DNA of 64,000 nt. Source: Utricularia gibba. Lineage: Eukaryota; Plantae; Magnoliophyta. The DNA is taken from NCBI GenBank assembly GCA_002189035.1, contig CM007989.1, positions 8,432,001 through 8,496,000 on the forward strand, read 5' to 3'. The first letter of the stretch is position 1. Each line of letters begins with the position of its first letter. Under the pieces are notes generated by a model that was given only the letters and a program-made list of their open reading frames with translations, had not been told where the DNA came from and ran no database searches. Below, one piece after another: positions 11,129 to 24,579 of the stretch. The position numbers were made by a program, and so were the translations under genes.

Positions 11129-13271
11129 ACCCAATCCAGAATTCTCAACCCATAGATGACTTCTTCTGCGTCATCATACTCAAACATTAGAAAAGAAAAA
11201 AGTTCTGTGGGATTAAGGAAGGAGATTTCCATCCTTAATTAATCCACTGTTCAGAAAGTAACAGACTATTTCAAAGATTGCAGCTTCTCCATCTTGTCAA
11301 AGAAGTGATCCTACAAGTTGCCGTAAGGAGGTTCATTACCTTTTCCAGATGCAATGCCGCCAGGGAGCTGCGGCGCCGTGCAACCGAAGCACTGGAAGCC
11401 ACAGATCAAGAGCTGGTCACCCCTGTCCAGAAATGGTTGGACAAGTCATGGTGCTGGGTTACATTTCTAGATGCTCAACTAAATCCCAGCGTCTGGCAGG
11501 AGCTGGTTTTGACAAGAGCCAGAGTTCTGGAAATCAGGGCGAAGCTTATGCTCAGAAGCGGGATGCTCGACGTCGAAGAGGACCTCATAAGGAAAGATCC
11601 GAAGACCACTGAAATTGTTGTTAGTCATTTTTTTTTTTTATTATGTTTCGGGTCCAAGTTCCTCTTCTCCCTCCCAGATTGAACAAGTTAACATACGCTT
11701 TGCCTCCCCTGTTAGTGATGACAACTTCGTGCATTGGCATGCACAAGATGAACAGACAGCAGTCCTTCCATAATGCAATATTTCCCCTCGTTTTCATATG
11801 ATTATCAAACACTGGAACTGCATAAATAAGCAAATGGGACCCTGCCCTTAGCCTAGAGGCAGCTAGCATTCCTATGGAAGAACGCAATTGTGTTTTCTCG
11901 GGTCCAATCCACTGCCAGCTCATGCGACCACAGCCACACACATTTTCTTTTTGTAATGTAGCCTCTGCAGATGAGATTGGGCAGGCTGGCGGGGATTCCA
12001 TCAGCTCCGGGGAACACACAGATGAGATGCCATGTGGTTGATTATGCAAACGAGCGATATTCCACAAAAACAATATTCATCATACAGGGAAAGGAGAGAA
12101 GTGATAAGGAGAAGGGACGGGTGCGGGACAGCGAAGATGGGCGTCCACCGGTGAACCCACTCCGGCCAAATGATTTGTTACTGGGGGTGAGTGGAGGCCA
12201 CAGCAAGGGTCAATACTTAATGCGGGTGGGGTGATGGGGTCCCGTCCCCCGGTCCCCCTTCAACCAGCGACGATCCAGACTCTGCCTAATACTCTCTTCT
12301 TATAAAAACAATTCGCCTACGTCTATTACACGGATCTTGAGGAGATCTTCTGACGTTGTATTCTGCGTACGGGGTGTACACGTGCCAATGCCATTCGCCG
12401 GAGCCGTAACTTGCAATACAGTTACTGGTTCCTCCCGGAGTCCTGATTATGGAGTAAATGTGAATTGTGCACCGCACAGGGGACCGCTTCGTACTAATCA
12501 TGAATGAGTGAGTAGTTGATCATTCCGCAATAATTCCGTTACCTTTCCCTTTTCTTTCATTTTCATGTTACTGTATGCGAAAAAAAGAACCCGTTAATGA
12601 CGGCCATGTGATGATCATTACTGCTCTGAAAAAGCTTACCACTTTGATTCTGCCTTTCTAGGTGGTGTAGCACAACTGTAACAGAGAACAAAAAAAAGGC
12701 TTAACCGGGATGGAGAGGGAGGAGGGAGATGAGTCCCCTGAACTGTAAGAAACCCAGCCCACGGGTTGAAGGGTACCAACCAGCTGACACTTTGAGCAGT
12801 AGTAATAATGCTATGGAGCGGTGTCAATGTCAGGGCATTCATAAATTATGTTCTTTAGCGCAAACATACAAGTGCATACGATCAAACTTCCACATGATGA
12901 ATGCTTTCACACTGCCCAGGATGTTTTGCCTCTTTCTGAAGAATTTCCCTGTTGCACCACGAGGAGCTTTGCTGATGTAGATTAGTTTGGAATCTTATGA
13001 TTTGTTTTTCGGGCATCGTGAAAGAATGTTTTTTTTTTCACGAACGAGATTTCTGGCTTTGCGGGTCACATGATGGTGTGAAGTGAGAGACTTTGAGGGT
13101 AAAAGCTGCTCTGTTCTGAAGCTTTAGCTGCTGCATGTGAGTGGATTTTGCGTACCAACTATTTGATGAATTGCGCTGACTTGTGTCGTTTTTCATGTGT
13201 TTTTCTTGTTGTTTCTTGTTGCAGTTTTGGATGCTCTCTCATGAGGTGTTTTTCAGTGCCATCCATTTCTC

Positions 13272-16200
13272 ATGGAAATCATGTCAGCACAAATCGTAGG
13301 GACGAACAAGGACACAGAGTTGAAGTTCATGTGGGGATTGTATGGTGTTCCTGACCCTTGCCAAGGGCGGCCTCTCGGCTGCGATTCCCCATCCGATGGA
13401 TTTCATGTTCACAGGCATTCTACTGGTACAACTTCTCAATCCCCAATCTTGTTTTTGTAATTGAGGAAACAAGTTCCGGCTCTCATTACAAACTCGATGA
13501 CTTCAGCCCCTTCACTCTTGAGAGGTAGTATCTTGTGCTCCTAGTCACTGTGGCTATGAATTTGCTAGTTTTAACCGTACCAGTTTTAAAAAGTGGTGGT
13601 GGTATGGTGTTTAATGCACTTTATGTAAGCCTTCAAGAGTGCTTAAGTGCTGGTACTTTATGTACCACAATTGAGTTTAATAGTTACAGCATGTTGCATA
13701 AATGCTCATGGGTAACCTTTCGTTTCATTCATGAGTACAGTCCCGAAGCTTAAAGACGTGTGCTTTGTTTTTTTTTTTTTTTTTTTTTTTGGTATGGTGT
13801 TTTTTGCTTCTGCTTTTAGAAAAAAAGGCAGTGATTTAAGGCCTTCAATCGTAAAAAACTGTCTATGAATGATGCATGTTTCAAGGCCATAAATGGTGGT
13901 ATCTTGAGTGGGCCTCAATAAATATCACTAGCTCACAACCATCTTTAAGTAGCATTCACTGCAAGGTCTGATGAATGACTGGCAAATTAGAATATTACTG
14001 GTTATGGTTGTAACTAAATTTGTTGTTCTGAGCAGATCACTGTGGAAAGCTCACCCATTCTGCTAACTTCGATGAGGAATGCCGGAAGATTCAAGTACTT
14101 GTTCTTCTAAAATGTCATGCTTTGCAGCAGAGAAACATCTTGAACTAACATCTGTGTATCTTTTTTTTGTTAATTCAGAGCAGGCTGAAGAACTCGGCTA
14201 GTGCTGATTTGAATGATATCGGTGATCGTCATGGAGCTCGAGAGTTAGCTAAAATACAGCCGCGAAGAGCTGGAATGGGCAGTGGAATTGCTGATTGTCG
14301 TCTGGTGAAAGATTCCCGAGGAGCAAGAAGGAACAACAAAAGAGATGATGTCGAGTCATCTTTCTGTCATTTGGCTTCAACTTCAGCCGAAATGCGAATG
14401 AATAAGCTTGCAGTTGCAGCACAGAGTTTTCAGGAAGAGAGTATTCTTTCCAAGTTCCCCCTAAGGGATATTCATCATGGAAACTGCGATGTGATTGATG
14501 GGATCAGCATGCAGATGAAGGCGAAATTTGTTGTAGATCAAGTTTTTCTTGCTAGAAAGTACATCCATGAAGCAGGGATGAGGTCTCAGTCATATTCATT
14601 CAGGAGTTCACAAATGGGTCATTTTGTCTCTGAAGAGCCAGGCGTTTGTATTGTAAGAAAGATCAAGAGCTCGTCACAGCGACCTCTACAAAATTTAGCT
14701 TCAAAACTTGATGCTGATGAAGGCCTGGCCCCTGGTGGTTCTATGACCAAGGCTACTGGAAAAGTCATTATACAGAAACCAGTAGACGAAGTTTTCGAGG
14801 GAATATCCTGCAATTGTTCATCGTTGACGTCCAAAACCTTGCGAGGAACAACGCACGCAAAAGCTAGTCATTTCTCCTTCAAGCAAATGCAGAGAATGCT
14901 GAAACATGCTTTTGATGGGACTGCAAGAGATATCAGGCTCTTCTCAGGGAGTTGTTCTTCTGATGGAGTCTCTGAAGGCGGAAGCTCTTCTTTGGTGAAA
15001 ATCATGGATTCTCATGCTTGTTCCACCAAAAGGGAGGATCCATCGATGAAAAATATGAAGAAAAATCACAAATGTGTTTCTACTGTGACGCACTCGGTTG
15101 GTGAGGAAAGGGCAATATCTAGACGGAAGAAACAGAAACTTGATATACTTTCAGAGGCCAAAAGACAACTTTCACTTCGATGGAATAACAGACAATGTGA
15201 GGAGAGACTCCTGAGTAAACAATCTTCAAAAGCATTACAACAAATCCTTTCTTCACATGAGTGTGACTTAAGGTCCATTGGCCCAAGAAGGGATTGCACT
15301 TTTGGTTCCCCTCAGATGATAGGTAGTGTTCGCAGCATCTCTGGTAGAATCATGGACTCTCGTACTCGACAACGGAACGGAAGGGAAATTGCTAGGTTGT
15401 GTGCATTAGCAGCAGAGACAGAGGTTTCATCTGCTAATGGTTGCTACATATGGGAGTCAGGGACTAGTGCAAAGGCAAGCTCTCAAGCTTGGAGACGTGA
15501 TGAAGTCATGCATAGTATAAATCACCTAATTGGAGAAAACGTCAACCCTCAAGGTAAAAACATGGGAGTCACTGGTGTGACAATTTTTTCTTTTTTTCTT
15601 TTTTGCCTTGAGAGCATGGCTTTTTGGGCAGTGAGACGTAGTGCAACCTGTTTAAACATTTATCAATGGTTCGCTATGTCTCTACAGGTCCCTCAAACAC
15701 TATGAATTCACAAGGCCACTCTCGTATGTTGAAATTTTCAAGGGAAATGAACAATGTCACCAGAGTCACGGAACCAGAGAAAATTGATTCATACAAAGAA
15801 AGTCCAGTACACTCCGTATTGGTATTTAGGAGCTTCTTTAATAATCCAATCATGTTTTGAAATCTTCTCTCTCAGTGGTTGATCGTATGCTTCTCAGGAT
15901 TCACTCTCGGAGAATGAAGTGTCCACATCTACCACGGATGATTTTTCATCTACTTCTTCAAGCATCCACCAGTTGTCTGATGGCCTTAAACACCACAAAG
16001 AGCATCGGAGCCCGACTTCTGTTCTTGAGCCGTTTCTTGTAGAAAATGGTGTCACCTCAAACGAAGAAGGTCAGCTGAAAGCTTCCTCCACACCCCATAT
16101 CATACAAGCTCAAAGAAAAATGAAACCTTCATTGATCACAGTAACACCTGCAGGTGAACTGCAGCCACTTCATCTTTTGTTTGAGGATGAGTGCTCATCA

Positions 16201-16731
16201 GAGCCATTTCCTGAGAACAAGCCACAGCTTGAAGCTCCATGCACAGAAGAGCAAAACCATCTCTCTCAGTATGTGCATATAGTGCTGCAAGCTTCTGGCT
16301 TAAACTGGAATGAGCTATCAGAAATCGAGTTCCCACGGGAACAGCTTCTTAAAGATTCATTATTTGAAGAAGTGGATTTCACTCCGGATCATTGCTGTTT
16401 CGACACCAGGCTCCTGTTTGATCACATAAATGAAGTTTTGATAAAGATACACGAGTCCCGTTTGATGTCTGTGGGTAAACTCCGATTCTTAAAACCGAAA
16501 TCAATGACCGCACCTCTTGCTATAGCTCTGATAGATCAGATCAGGACAGAAGAAAGCTTCTATTTCCCTCCTCGGACAAATAGGAGAACCTTGGATCAGT
16601 TAGTTTCAGAAGATGTGAGGAAATGTGCATCATGGCTTGACATTAAAGTCGACATGGGAATTGTAGTAGACATCTCTGAAGGTGTGCTCAATGAGTCTAT
16701 TCTCGACATGCTTCTTGAGTTTATTGACTGA
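13272..16731 (+). CDS. TRM-family (DUF3741/DUF4378) protein; exons 13272-~13428, 14036-14094, 14179-15553, 15688-15815, 15898-16731
   Basis: N-terminal FMWG motif, M2-like SPTSVLEPF and C-terminal DUF4378-like LFDHINEVL...DISEGVLNESILDML. Splice phases chain correctly; the first two exons are less certain. Confidence 0.8.
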
Positions 16732-16895
16732 AAACTTAATTTTCTCCTCTATTCGATGGGAGGAATGTGCATATTTAATCTTTTCATTTTGGGGCTTATA
16801 GGTTCGTTCTCCTGGCTGTATCTTTAGATTCTTTGGGGATCATGAACTTGAGAATGAAGAAAAGAAAAGAACATTTGATCAACTCAGCAACACCA

Positions 16896-19670
16896 TTAAC
16901 AATCTTTTAGAACTTTGAGATTCTTCATCTCTTGTGAAATCACTTTGTCAAGAGCCTGCCTGATCACGCTTGCTGATGGAGCTTTCAGTCCCTTGCACTG
17001 TAAACACAAAAGATGTTCACGCGTCAGCTTCAAATTGCATCTAGTTCAGAATTTCACTACTGTCTATCTTCAGACTATACGAATTTCAAACCTTGGCTTT
17101 AATAGTCATGGACAGGATCCCATTGACATGGGAGGATTCGACCGTCTGAATGTCCAACTCCAGCTTACTTACCGCCCCCATGAGCTGGACGATCATATTC
17201 TCTGTCCAGGAGCATTGACTCCCGATCAAAACTTCCTTGTCTAAAACCTGAACTGTTACGTCGTCTGGGGAGGGATCTCTCAACTTTGGTCTCTTGCTTT
17301 TGCCTCCGGTTTCATTGGCGTCATTGGAATTTCTCTTGCTCGTTGAAGGCTTCTTGACATGGCCTATATTGTTTGAGCCATAGTTATCAGACGTCCTCTC
17401 AACAGCATCTAGAGGTCTCTCTAGCTCCATTGCTTCCTTGTAGGACTCTAGCCCTTTCAGTTTCCTTTCCAGCTCTCTCAAGTACTCTATCGTATGATCA
17501 AGGATTGAAACTTTGTCGAACTTTCCACCCGAGGGAATAATAGACCCCAGGATGAGGAAACGTTCGTTTATTTTCTCCCGACGCTTCCGCTCAGACAACA
17601 CATGATTCCTGTCGGTTTCTTCAACCTCTTGTGTGGAGTTAGAGCTCTGTTTCACTCCCTCGGACCTGAAATTAACATGCAATCTTGGCACCTCAATAAG
17701 CACTTTCTTCAGCAACATTTGTGGGGCTACACTGTTGTGTACTTGATCTCCGACAAAGCCATCCCTCCTCCAGCAAACGAAGCTCGATGCGGGGTTGGCA
17801 TTCCTGAAATATGGCCCAAGGATCAACTGGTGGGAACTTTTGAGCAAACTCGAGAGCACACCATGGTAGTGTGCATCCATCTCTTTGGTATCATGAGGGT
17901 GGTTCCGGTAGCATTCTAGAGTTCCATTCCTTGCTCCTTTCGGCAGGGCGATTGGCCGGGGATCTTCATAGGTCTGAGAAGCACAGTCACTGGAACTCAC
18001 TGAGTTGTTCAGACAGTTGCTGATTGCATCATCCAAGAACTGAAGGTTGAGCATCTGAGAAGGCGTCTCCCCTCCAACACCATCAACCAAGTTTGATGTT
18101 TCTCTTAACAGATGGTCCGAAAAATCATCGGAACAGTTGTTCGGTGAATGTTTATCAGTTGGACAATCAACTGGACACCCCGTTTCATGATCATTGTTGA
18201 AAACACCCTCATGGTCAATATTCGGATTCTTGAGAAGCACCATCTTCACATGGCGAATCAGATTCATGTCCTCTCGAACCTTCATATATCAACACAACGA
18301 AAAAATCACTCAAAGCTAGATTTCAGAGACCAAAAGCGAGACGCTTATAGATCATACGGGTTGGGATGTTCCCAGCTCCACCACGCCACCTAAGTGAGGA
18401 AAGCATACGATTGTCTGCGACAAGATTATGGCATCCGGTTAGTCATACAAACTTCGGTTTTGGCAGGTGCTCATGCAACAAAAATGAGTACCTTAATAGC
18501 TGCACTCTGCAAGACTCAAGGCAGGGGTCAGTCAGCCAGATATTGCAGAATTCAAACGCAGGAAGAAGAAAACCTTTAGTTCAGTGTAGGAAAACAAGAC
18601 TTCTAAAAAAGTTGTGTTTTCCTTCTTGCCTTGGCGAGCAGAGAACGAGAGAAGAATCTTGTATCTGCAGAGTGAGCATTGCACAACCAGATTGCCTCAT
18701 TCTTGTCCATGGCCATCCCGGGGAGCCTTCAAAAAGCAATCCCTTGAGCATTAAGACAATGCAGGAAACATATCCTAACGACAAAAGTAATGAAACAAGA
18801 ATTACCCTTGTCCGATATTGAAATTAAATGACATGCAGACCAAGAAAAACCACTCAGCATTTGAGAGATCTTCAGGTATCAAAGCTGCCGTAGGTCGTTT
18901 TGCTTGGTTACTGGTTTCTCCGATTGAAAGGGACTCGTAAAGTTCCCGCAACTGCTCCGTTCTCCGCAGTCCCAGCTGATCTGGATTCCACTCCGCTGAC
19001 TGAACCGTCTTCCTCGTTTTAATCTCCCCATTGTAGTACCCATCATACCATTCCAATCTCCTTCAAAGATCCCATTTTTTTTACAATGTCAGTTGAGGAA
19101 AAAGGCTGTACTTTCTCGTCCACTTGGAAGCATTACTATCTCTTCCGATATGGAGACTCTCAAAAGGAAACAGCATCACTATATGAAAGTATGATCCAGA
19201 AAAATTATAGAAGATCAAGCGAGACGCTGCTATGCTACACCCTCAAAAGCAAAAATTTTAACAGAATTCAACCCAACGATTCCCCAAAAACATCTGTGTG
19301 AAGGCAAGCTGGATCTATGCTTCCTTCACAACTGCACACTCGCTTCATTTGCCCCTCAGAAGAAATATTACACGAAGACAAGAAAAGATGGTACTCGAAG
19401 AAAAACAAGATACGCTGATTTTCCTTCAAAACCCATGTTGGACCGACGCTTCCATCCACCCCTGATCCTCCTATTATCCTGCTTCCCATTACTGTATACA
19501 TCTTTTGTTACAGACACCGGCAAGTGGGAAATAAGAAAACTGAAAATTTACCCGTGATCTAAAGAGGAGATTGACCAAAAAATTGCATAGCTCCACTGAA
19601 TACTTCTCACAGCGAGAGCTAAATGTTTCCTCAGGTTTTGCAGAACCTCTTTCTGGTCTTCAAGTTCCAT
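16896..19670 (-). CDS. Subgroup IIIf bHLH (GL3/EGL3/DELILA/JAF13-like); exons 19670-19552, 19060-18806, ~18726-18630, 18506-18492, ~18414-18358, 18279-17092, 16997-16896
   Basis: LRKHLALAVRSIQWSYAIFWS, LEWYDGYYNGEIKTRKT, IWLCNAH...SRSLLAK-SAAIK-TIVCFP, bHLH NHVLSERKRREKINERF...DKVSILDHTIEYL, and C-terminal ACT-like CKGLKAPSASVIRQAL. Confidence 0.95.
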
Positions 19671-20328
19671 TTTTTAGCACTCTTTTCCAACAGATGAATA
19701 TATATATACTTCAGATGGATGGTAGAATAAACAATAGACACAAGAAAACGTACGGATGAACAGCCCTTGTAATCTTCATAAATACCGGTGCATGTTACAC
19801 AGAAGAAAACTCTAGAGAGCATGCCAGCTTCTGCCAACCAAAAACAAAAGAAGTATGAATAGAGAATGAAATGGTAAATAGTTGACACCCATAGGACGCC
19901 TTCAACAGATCGCTCGTGCTAATCATATGGATATTCAAGTTTTCTTCTTTGATCTTCTCCTACAAAAAATGAATCAAGTTCCCCACGATTTGCCAAGTCC
20001 AAAAAAAATGCCTCTTCAACCTTAGAAGAGTTCAAAGTGATATGCATATCCTCAATAATGGAGGATTGGGGCCCCATCCACCATAACACCTCTGAATTTT
20101 CAGACAAAAAAATGAATGAAGAGGGAGCAATGTTGACGGACCCCAGGAGCTGTTGTATCGCTTTGTTTTTTTGTAGTGGAAAAATGGAAAACGTATTGAA
20201 GCAGTGAGAAGGGAGCACATGCATATTGGACATGTGTCCTACTTATCACATCCAACTGCACCCCAGTTTTGTGAAACCTCACGTGCCGCCTAATCCTTAC
20301 CAAACCGTGGGGACTGATAAAGACGGAG

Positions 20329-20348
20329 CCCCCCCCCCCCCCCCCCCC
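20329..20348. repeat. Poly-C run (20 nt); another C18 run lies at 1176-1193 in a GH9 intron
   Basis: Read directly. Confidence 0.9.
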
Positions 20349-21344
20349 AGCCCTTACAAGTCAAGCCTTTGCTCCATTTTCAACAGGATCAGAGGGCTGA
20401 AATCTATGTAACGGTCATTTGTAATTGTTGTTTCGCTCGTGAAAGCAACTCTGAGCACCTCCCCCCACCAACTCATCTTTTGTCATGTCGTACGAACATG
20501 TTACACTTCCAGGAGACACATGCGGGTTGTTTTTGTGTTATGCTGCAAAAACATTCAATACTCTCCGAAGAGGATGATACATCCGGTGGTTTTTACAGTT
20601 TTATCTTTTCAATCAAATGATAAAATACTGTCTCCAGGGGATTTTTACTTCTGATCGCAGTAGTCTCGTGGTCCAGCTCCAGAAGGATGAACATTAGGAA
20701 CGGCGGCTACCAAAAAGCAGACGAGTGTTCATTAACTAAAAATAAGTCATCCATCTACACGAGTCTTCATATTAAAGCTACCACCAGGCCCACATAACCA
20801 GAAACAAAAAGTATCAATAAAATATGGTTGTTTGGGACGAGGCCAGTCATCTTCTGGGCGCCACTTGTCGAACTTCACTACAGACGTGTCTTCCTTTCTG
20901 TCCATACATTTCGACTACCTTACCTAATAAGCGTGTGGCTGGCGCCTGCAATATATTCTGCTCCCTACAGTGCCCCTTGCACCTGCTAGACGATAGCAGC
21001 AGCAGCACTGCACCCACGATAGATATACCGCTGTCACTCACAAGTTGGCGTGGCCTTGCGAATGAGCGGACTTGGGAATCACATACAGGAAAGTGGCAAG
21101 CGCATCATCCGATCATGTTCCATGGATGGCTTGCCCCCTAGTAGTCTGTCCTCTGTTATGTTGAAGCAGTCGGGGAGAAGAGGATTCGTCCACATTTGGT
21201 GTAACTACTGCGCAGCTGTAGTTGCCACTTGTTGTCATCAAGGTAGATCTAGAACCCCCAGGGCTTGTCTCCTTGGTGCCAGTTACCTCTTCTTATGTCC
21301 TTGTCACTGGATTCCACTATTATGTTTCACAAGGGCCTTCCGGC

Positions 21345-23112
21345 CTACACTCGAGCGATGGGAGAGAAGGGTGGGTTTAGGACAAGAGATGGCATGGCTT
21401 GTTTGATCGTCAATTTTGGTTTAAGTCGTTCTTCTTCTTCTGCTATTGCATCCATCAAACTTGCAATCTCCTCCGGAAATACCCGAAGAGAATCACGCAA
21501 AGGCTCTCCTCCCTCCTGATGCAAAGACTCCTGGCTTTTGTATTGACTCAGAATGGTGGAGTTGTTTTCTGCTGAATGAAGGAATGCAATGCAGATCGAG
21601 AATGCTTGAAGTGCAGATAATTTGGCATCGAAATTTACGGCGTACTTTCCGTCTTCGACTGCGTGAATGGAGAATGCCGGAGGGCCACCTCGTCTTCCCT
21701 ACAGCCAAAAAAAAAAAAAAATGCAAAGCTGTAGACAACCAAAAAAAAAAAAAGAAAAAGACAAGATTCTATTGACGGATATCAACGTACATGGTTACCT
21801 TATCAAAGAGCATTCCTGGATGCTCATGATCCATCAAAAACTGCCCTTTCAAAATCTGAGAATCGGGATTTCCATAAACATCCAGTGAGCAAGCCATATC
21901 CCATCCTCCACAGTCGCATACACCACCAGACCTCCACCTTTCTAGCAAGGATGAGGGACCGCCGCCATCATCGCTCGTCGGGGAACCATGGATTCCAGCA
22001 GGGATAACGACACTGATCTTTCGAGACTTGCTATCTTCGAATTTCAGGCCCTCTGTTGTCTTGAATGCATCTTGTATGACAACTGCACCTATCTCTAGCT
22101 CCGGGCGCATATCCGCCTCTCTCAGAAGATGAAACTGATCCATGTTCTCATGAAAACCAGGAGGCCCTGATGAACCTCTCCTCGATTGATCAGCATCGTA
22201 TAGCACGCATTCAGTCTCTAAGGACTCGATAGAAGCTCCCGTTTCTTTTGTTTCGGTGCAAAGTGAATATGACACAAGCATCTTGCCGACCACAGTTGCT
22301 TGCTTGCTGTTGTCTTTTAACCACCATCCATTAGCATTGCCTTTTCTCCTGCTATGGAAGGTGTAGACCCAAGGCAAGGTGTTATTAGCCTTCCAAGTCC
22401 TAGCAACGTAAGATCTTGCAGTTGATTTAACGGAAAACCCAAAAAACGGACCGCCTTTACGATTTTCGAACAAGAAGACACCGTGGAGGTGGGACGGGGA
22501 GGCCATCTCATGCTTCTCATTCGCTTCACTCCGATGGCTGTAACCCACACAATCCTTCGCAACTTTTGAAGACCTGGACTTGACAAGGTAATCACACCTC
22601 TCTTTACTCGTAAAGCGATGGCTTTTCGGGGTGGCATCATAAGGTGCAAGAGGACGATGACAATGCAACTCACTTGAAGTACTAGTGCTATGCTCGAATA
22701 TGGGCAATCTGGACGACCTATCCCTTTCCCCCACTGAAATATCCTCGTCCGAACAACACAAAGAGTGGACAATTTCAAGGAATTCTGGTGCGTTTTCCCT
22801 CGAGACCTCTATCTTTTTCCTATCAACAATGCCACCATTTCTCTTGTGTAACCTCACCTCAGTGGAGCATTGATAAACTGATTCTCGTTTCACCTCCTCA
22901 CTACTCTCGCAAGTGAGTCTTTTCAGAGCAGCATCTCGACATGATGCACCACGCAAACGATTAAAGCTGATTTCATAGAAGCCATCCTTGAGGCTTTGTG
23001 TTTCATTCTCCAAACCTTGCTCTCCAGTTGATTTTGATTTACTTCGGGCGACACGGAGCACTGTTCTGGGGCTTCCATCCAAAGCGCAGTACTTGTTGAA
23101 TTCTTCATCCAT
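21345..23112 (-). CDS. DUF3527 family protein; exons 23112-21799, 21698-21345
   Basis: LDGSPRTVL N-terminal motif, WVYTFHS, SSLLERWRSGGVCDCGGWDMACSL, LSALQAFSICIAFLH and C-terminal NPPFSPIARV*. Confidence 0.9.
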
Positions 23113-24579
23113 TCTGACTTCTAAGAACAATCATTCCGAACCAGAAAGCGCAAAACCGTGTTCATCAAAACAAGATGCACATGCACCAATGCAGCAAGCA
23201 AAACCAGGAGTCTCGGATCCACACATTATCTGCACGTACCGCAAACAAATAAAGCAAGAACAAGAACTGTAAAGGAACAGGTATGGATATACACATTTTC
23301 CTGAGTTGAAGAAGAAAAAGGGAGCCACCAAGAAATCAAAATGAAAGCACAGAATCCAATTTTGGGAGCACGTGAACATCACTACCGAGACCCTACACCA
23401 AAATACCATAACTACCAGGGACCCCACCGTTAAGTTTGAGACTCAACATCAGTGTGAAGATTAAGAAAGAAAGATCCAATCTTTATGCTAAAACAACCAG
23501 GTTTTCAAGATTACCTTCAAAAATCAAAGATCTCAATGATAAATTAAGATATTGTTATGCGATCTTGATTTTTCTGTACACAATAAACGGAAAGCATCCC
23601 AGCCTTTCACTGGATGTGTGCCACTGAGAAACCAAAGTTCCATCCACATCTAAACGAGTAAAACTGTTCTCAGCACTAGCACGTTTCCAGCCCTCTACGT
23701 CTGTTTCTCAGTGCTTCAAAAATCACAAAAAAAAAAAAAAACATATGTAACAGGCGTACTCTCTTCAGATCTCAGGGAAATGGAGCCAGAACGAAGCCCG
23801 TAAAAGCAATCATTTGATAAATCCCTCTCAGGCTTGAAACACTGTACAGAGAACTCGGTAAGCTAAAAAGAAGAGAAAGAAACCGTCAGCGATGGCATAA
23901 AACTTTTCACGGCGATCATGATCACTCTTTCCCGAGGATGAACAACAAGAGAGTTTCTGGTTCCAAGCTCATCAGAATCATAGAGACCGAACTGACAAGG
24001 AGCTGCCACAAGCAGCGCTAAAAATTCAACCTTTCTTTTGACTCTCATCCCTTCTTGGTTTTCGCACCATTTGCTTTTTGAGGACGTTGCTGTTGGGCAA
24101 CTGGCTAATGCCATAAATACCTCCGGAAACATCCCATCATTTGTGTCTTCGTGGTGGCATTTCAGGTTTTTCCTCCCGGGCTTCTTGTCCAACACAAAAT
24201 TATCGTTGTCTGCCACGAGGAAATTCCGGACCTTTTTTTCTTACTTTTGTCGCATGGCGAGCTTTCAGAGTTGTCTAATTTGTCGCCAAGTTTTTTTTTT
24301 TTTTTTTACTTGCGGCATCAAAGAATGACTTCAAGAATGGTGAGGAAAAAGCAACTCACGGAAGTAGAATAAATATTAGTGTCATTCATGAAATCGAAGA
24401 CAGAAAAAAACGCTTCTTTGCCTCAATGCATGGCGTCACTCGGGGAAGCATCAGAAGCTGCAGAGGCAGTCGCAGTGGCTGCTATCATCGACTTGGTTTT
24501 CTTGGAAGAAATTGGGTCTTCAAGGGTAATGGTGGAAACGTCATCATCTCTAGAGGCAAGCCATGTTCCCACAAGCAAC

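Noticed and set aside
11621-12501. ORFs of 150, 87 and 71 aa
   Set aside because: No homology recognised and no coherent splice chain; consistent with chance ORFs.
23863-24216. 117-codon minus-strand ORF as a possible rescue exon for the AIPP3-like gene
   Set aside because: No phase-0 acceptor gives family-like sequence; probably UTR or promoter.
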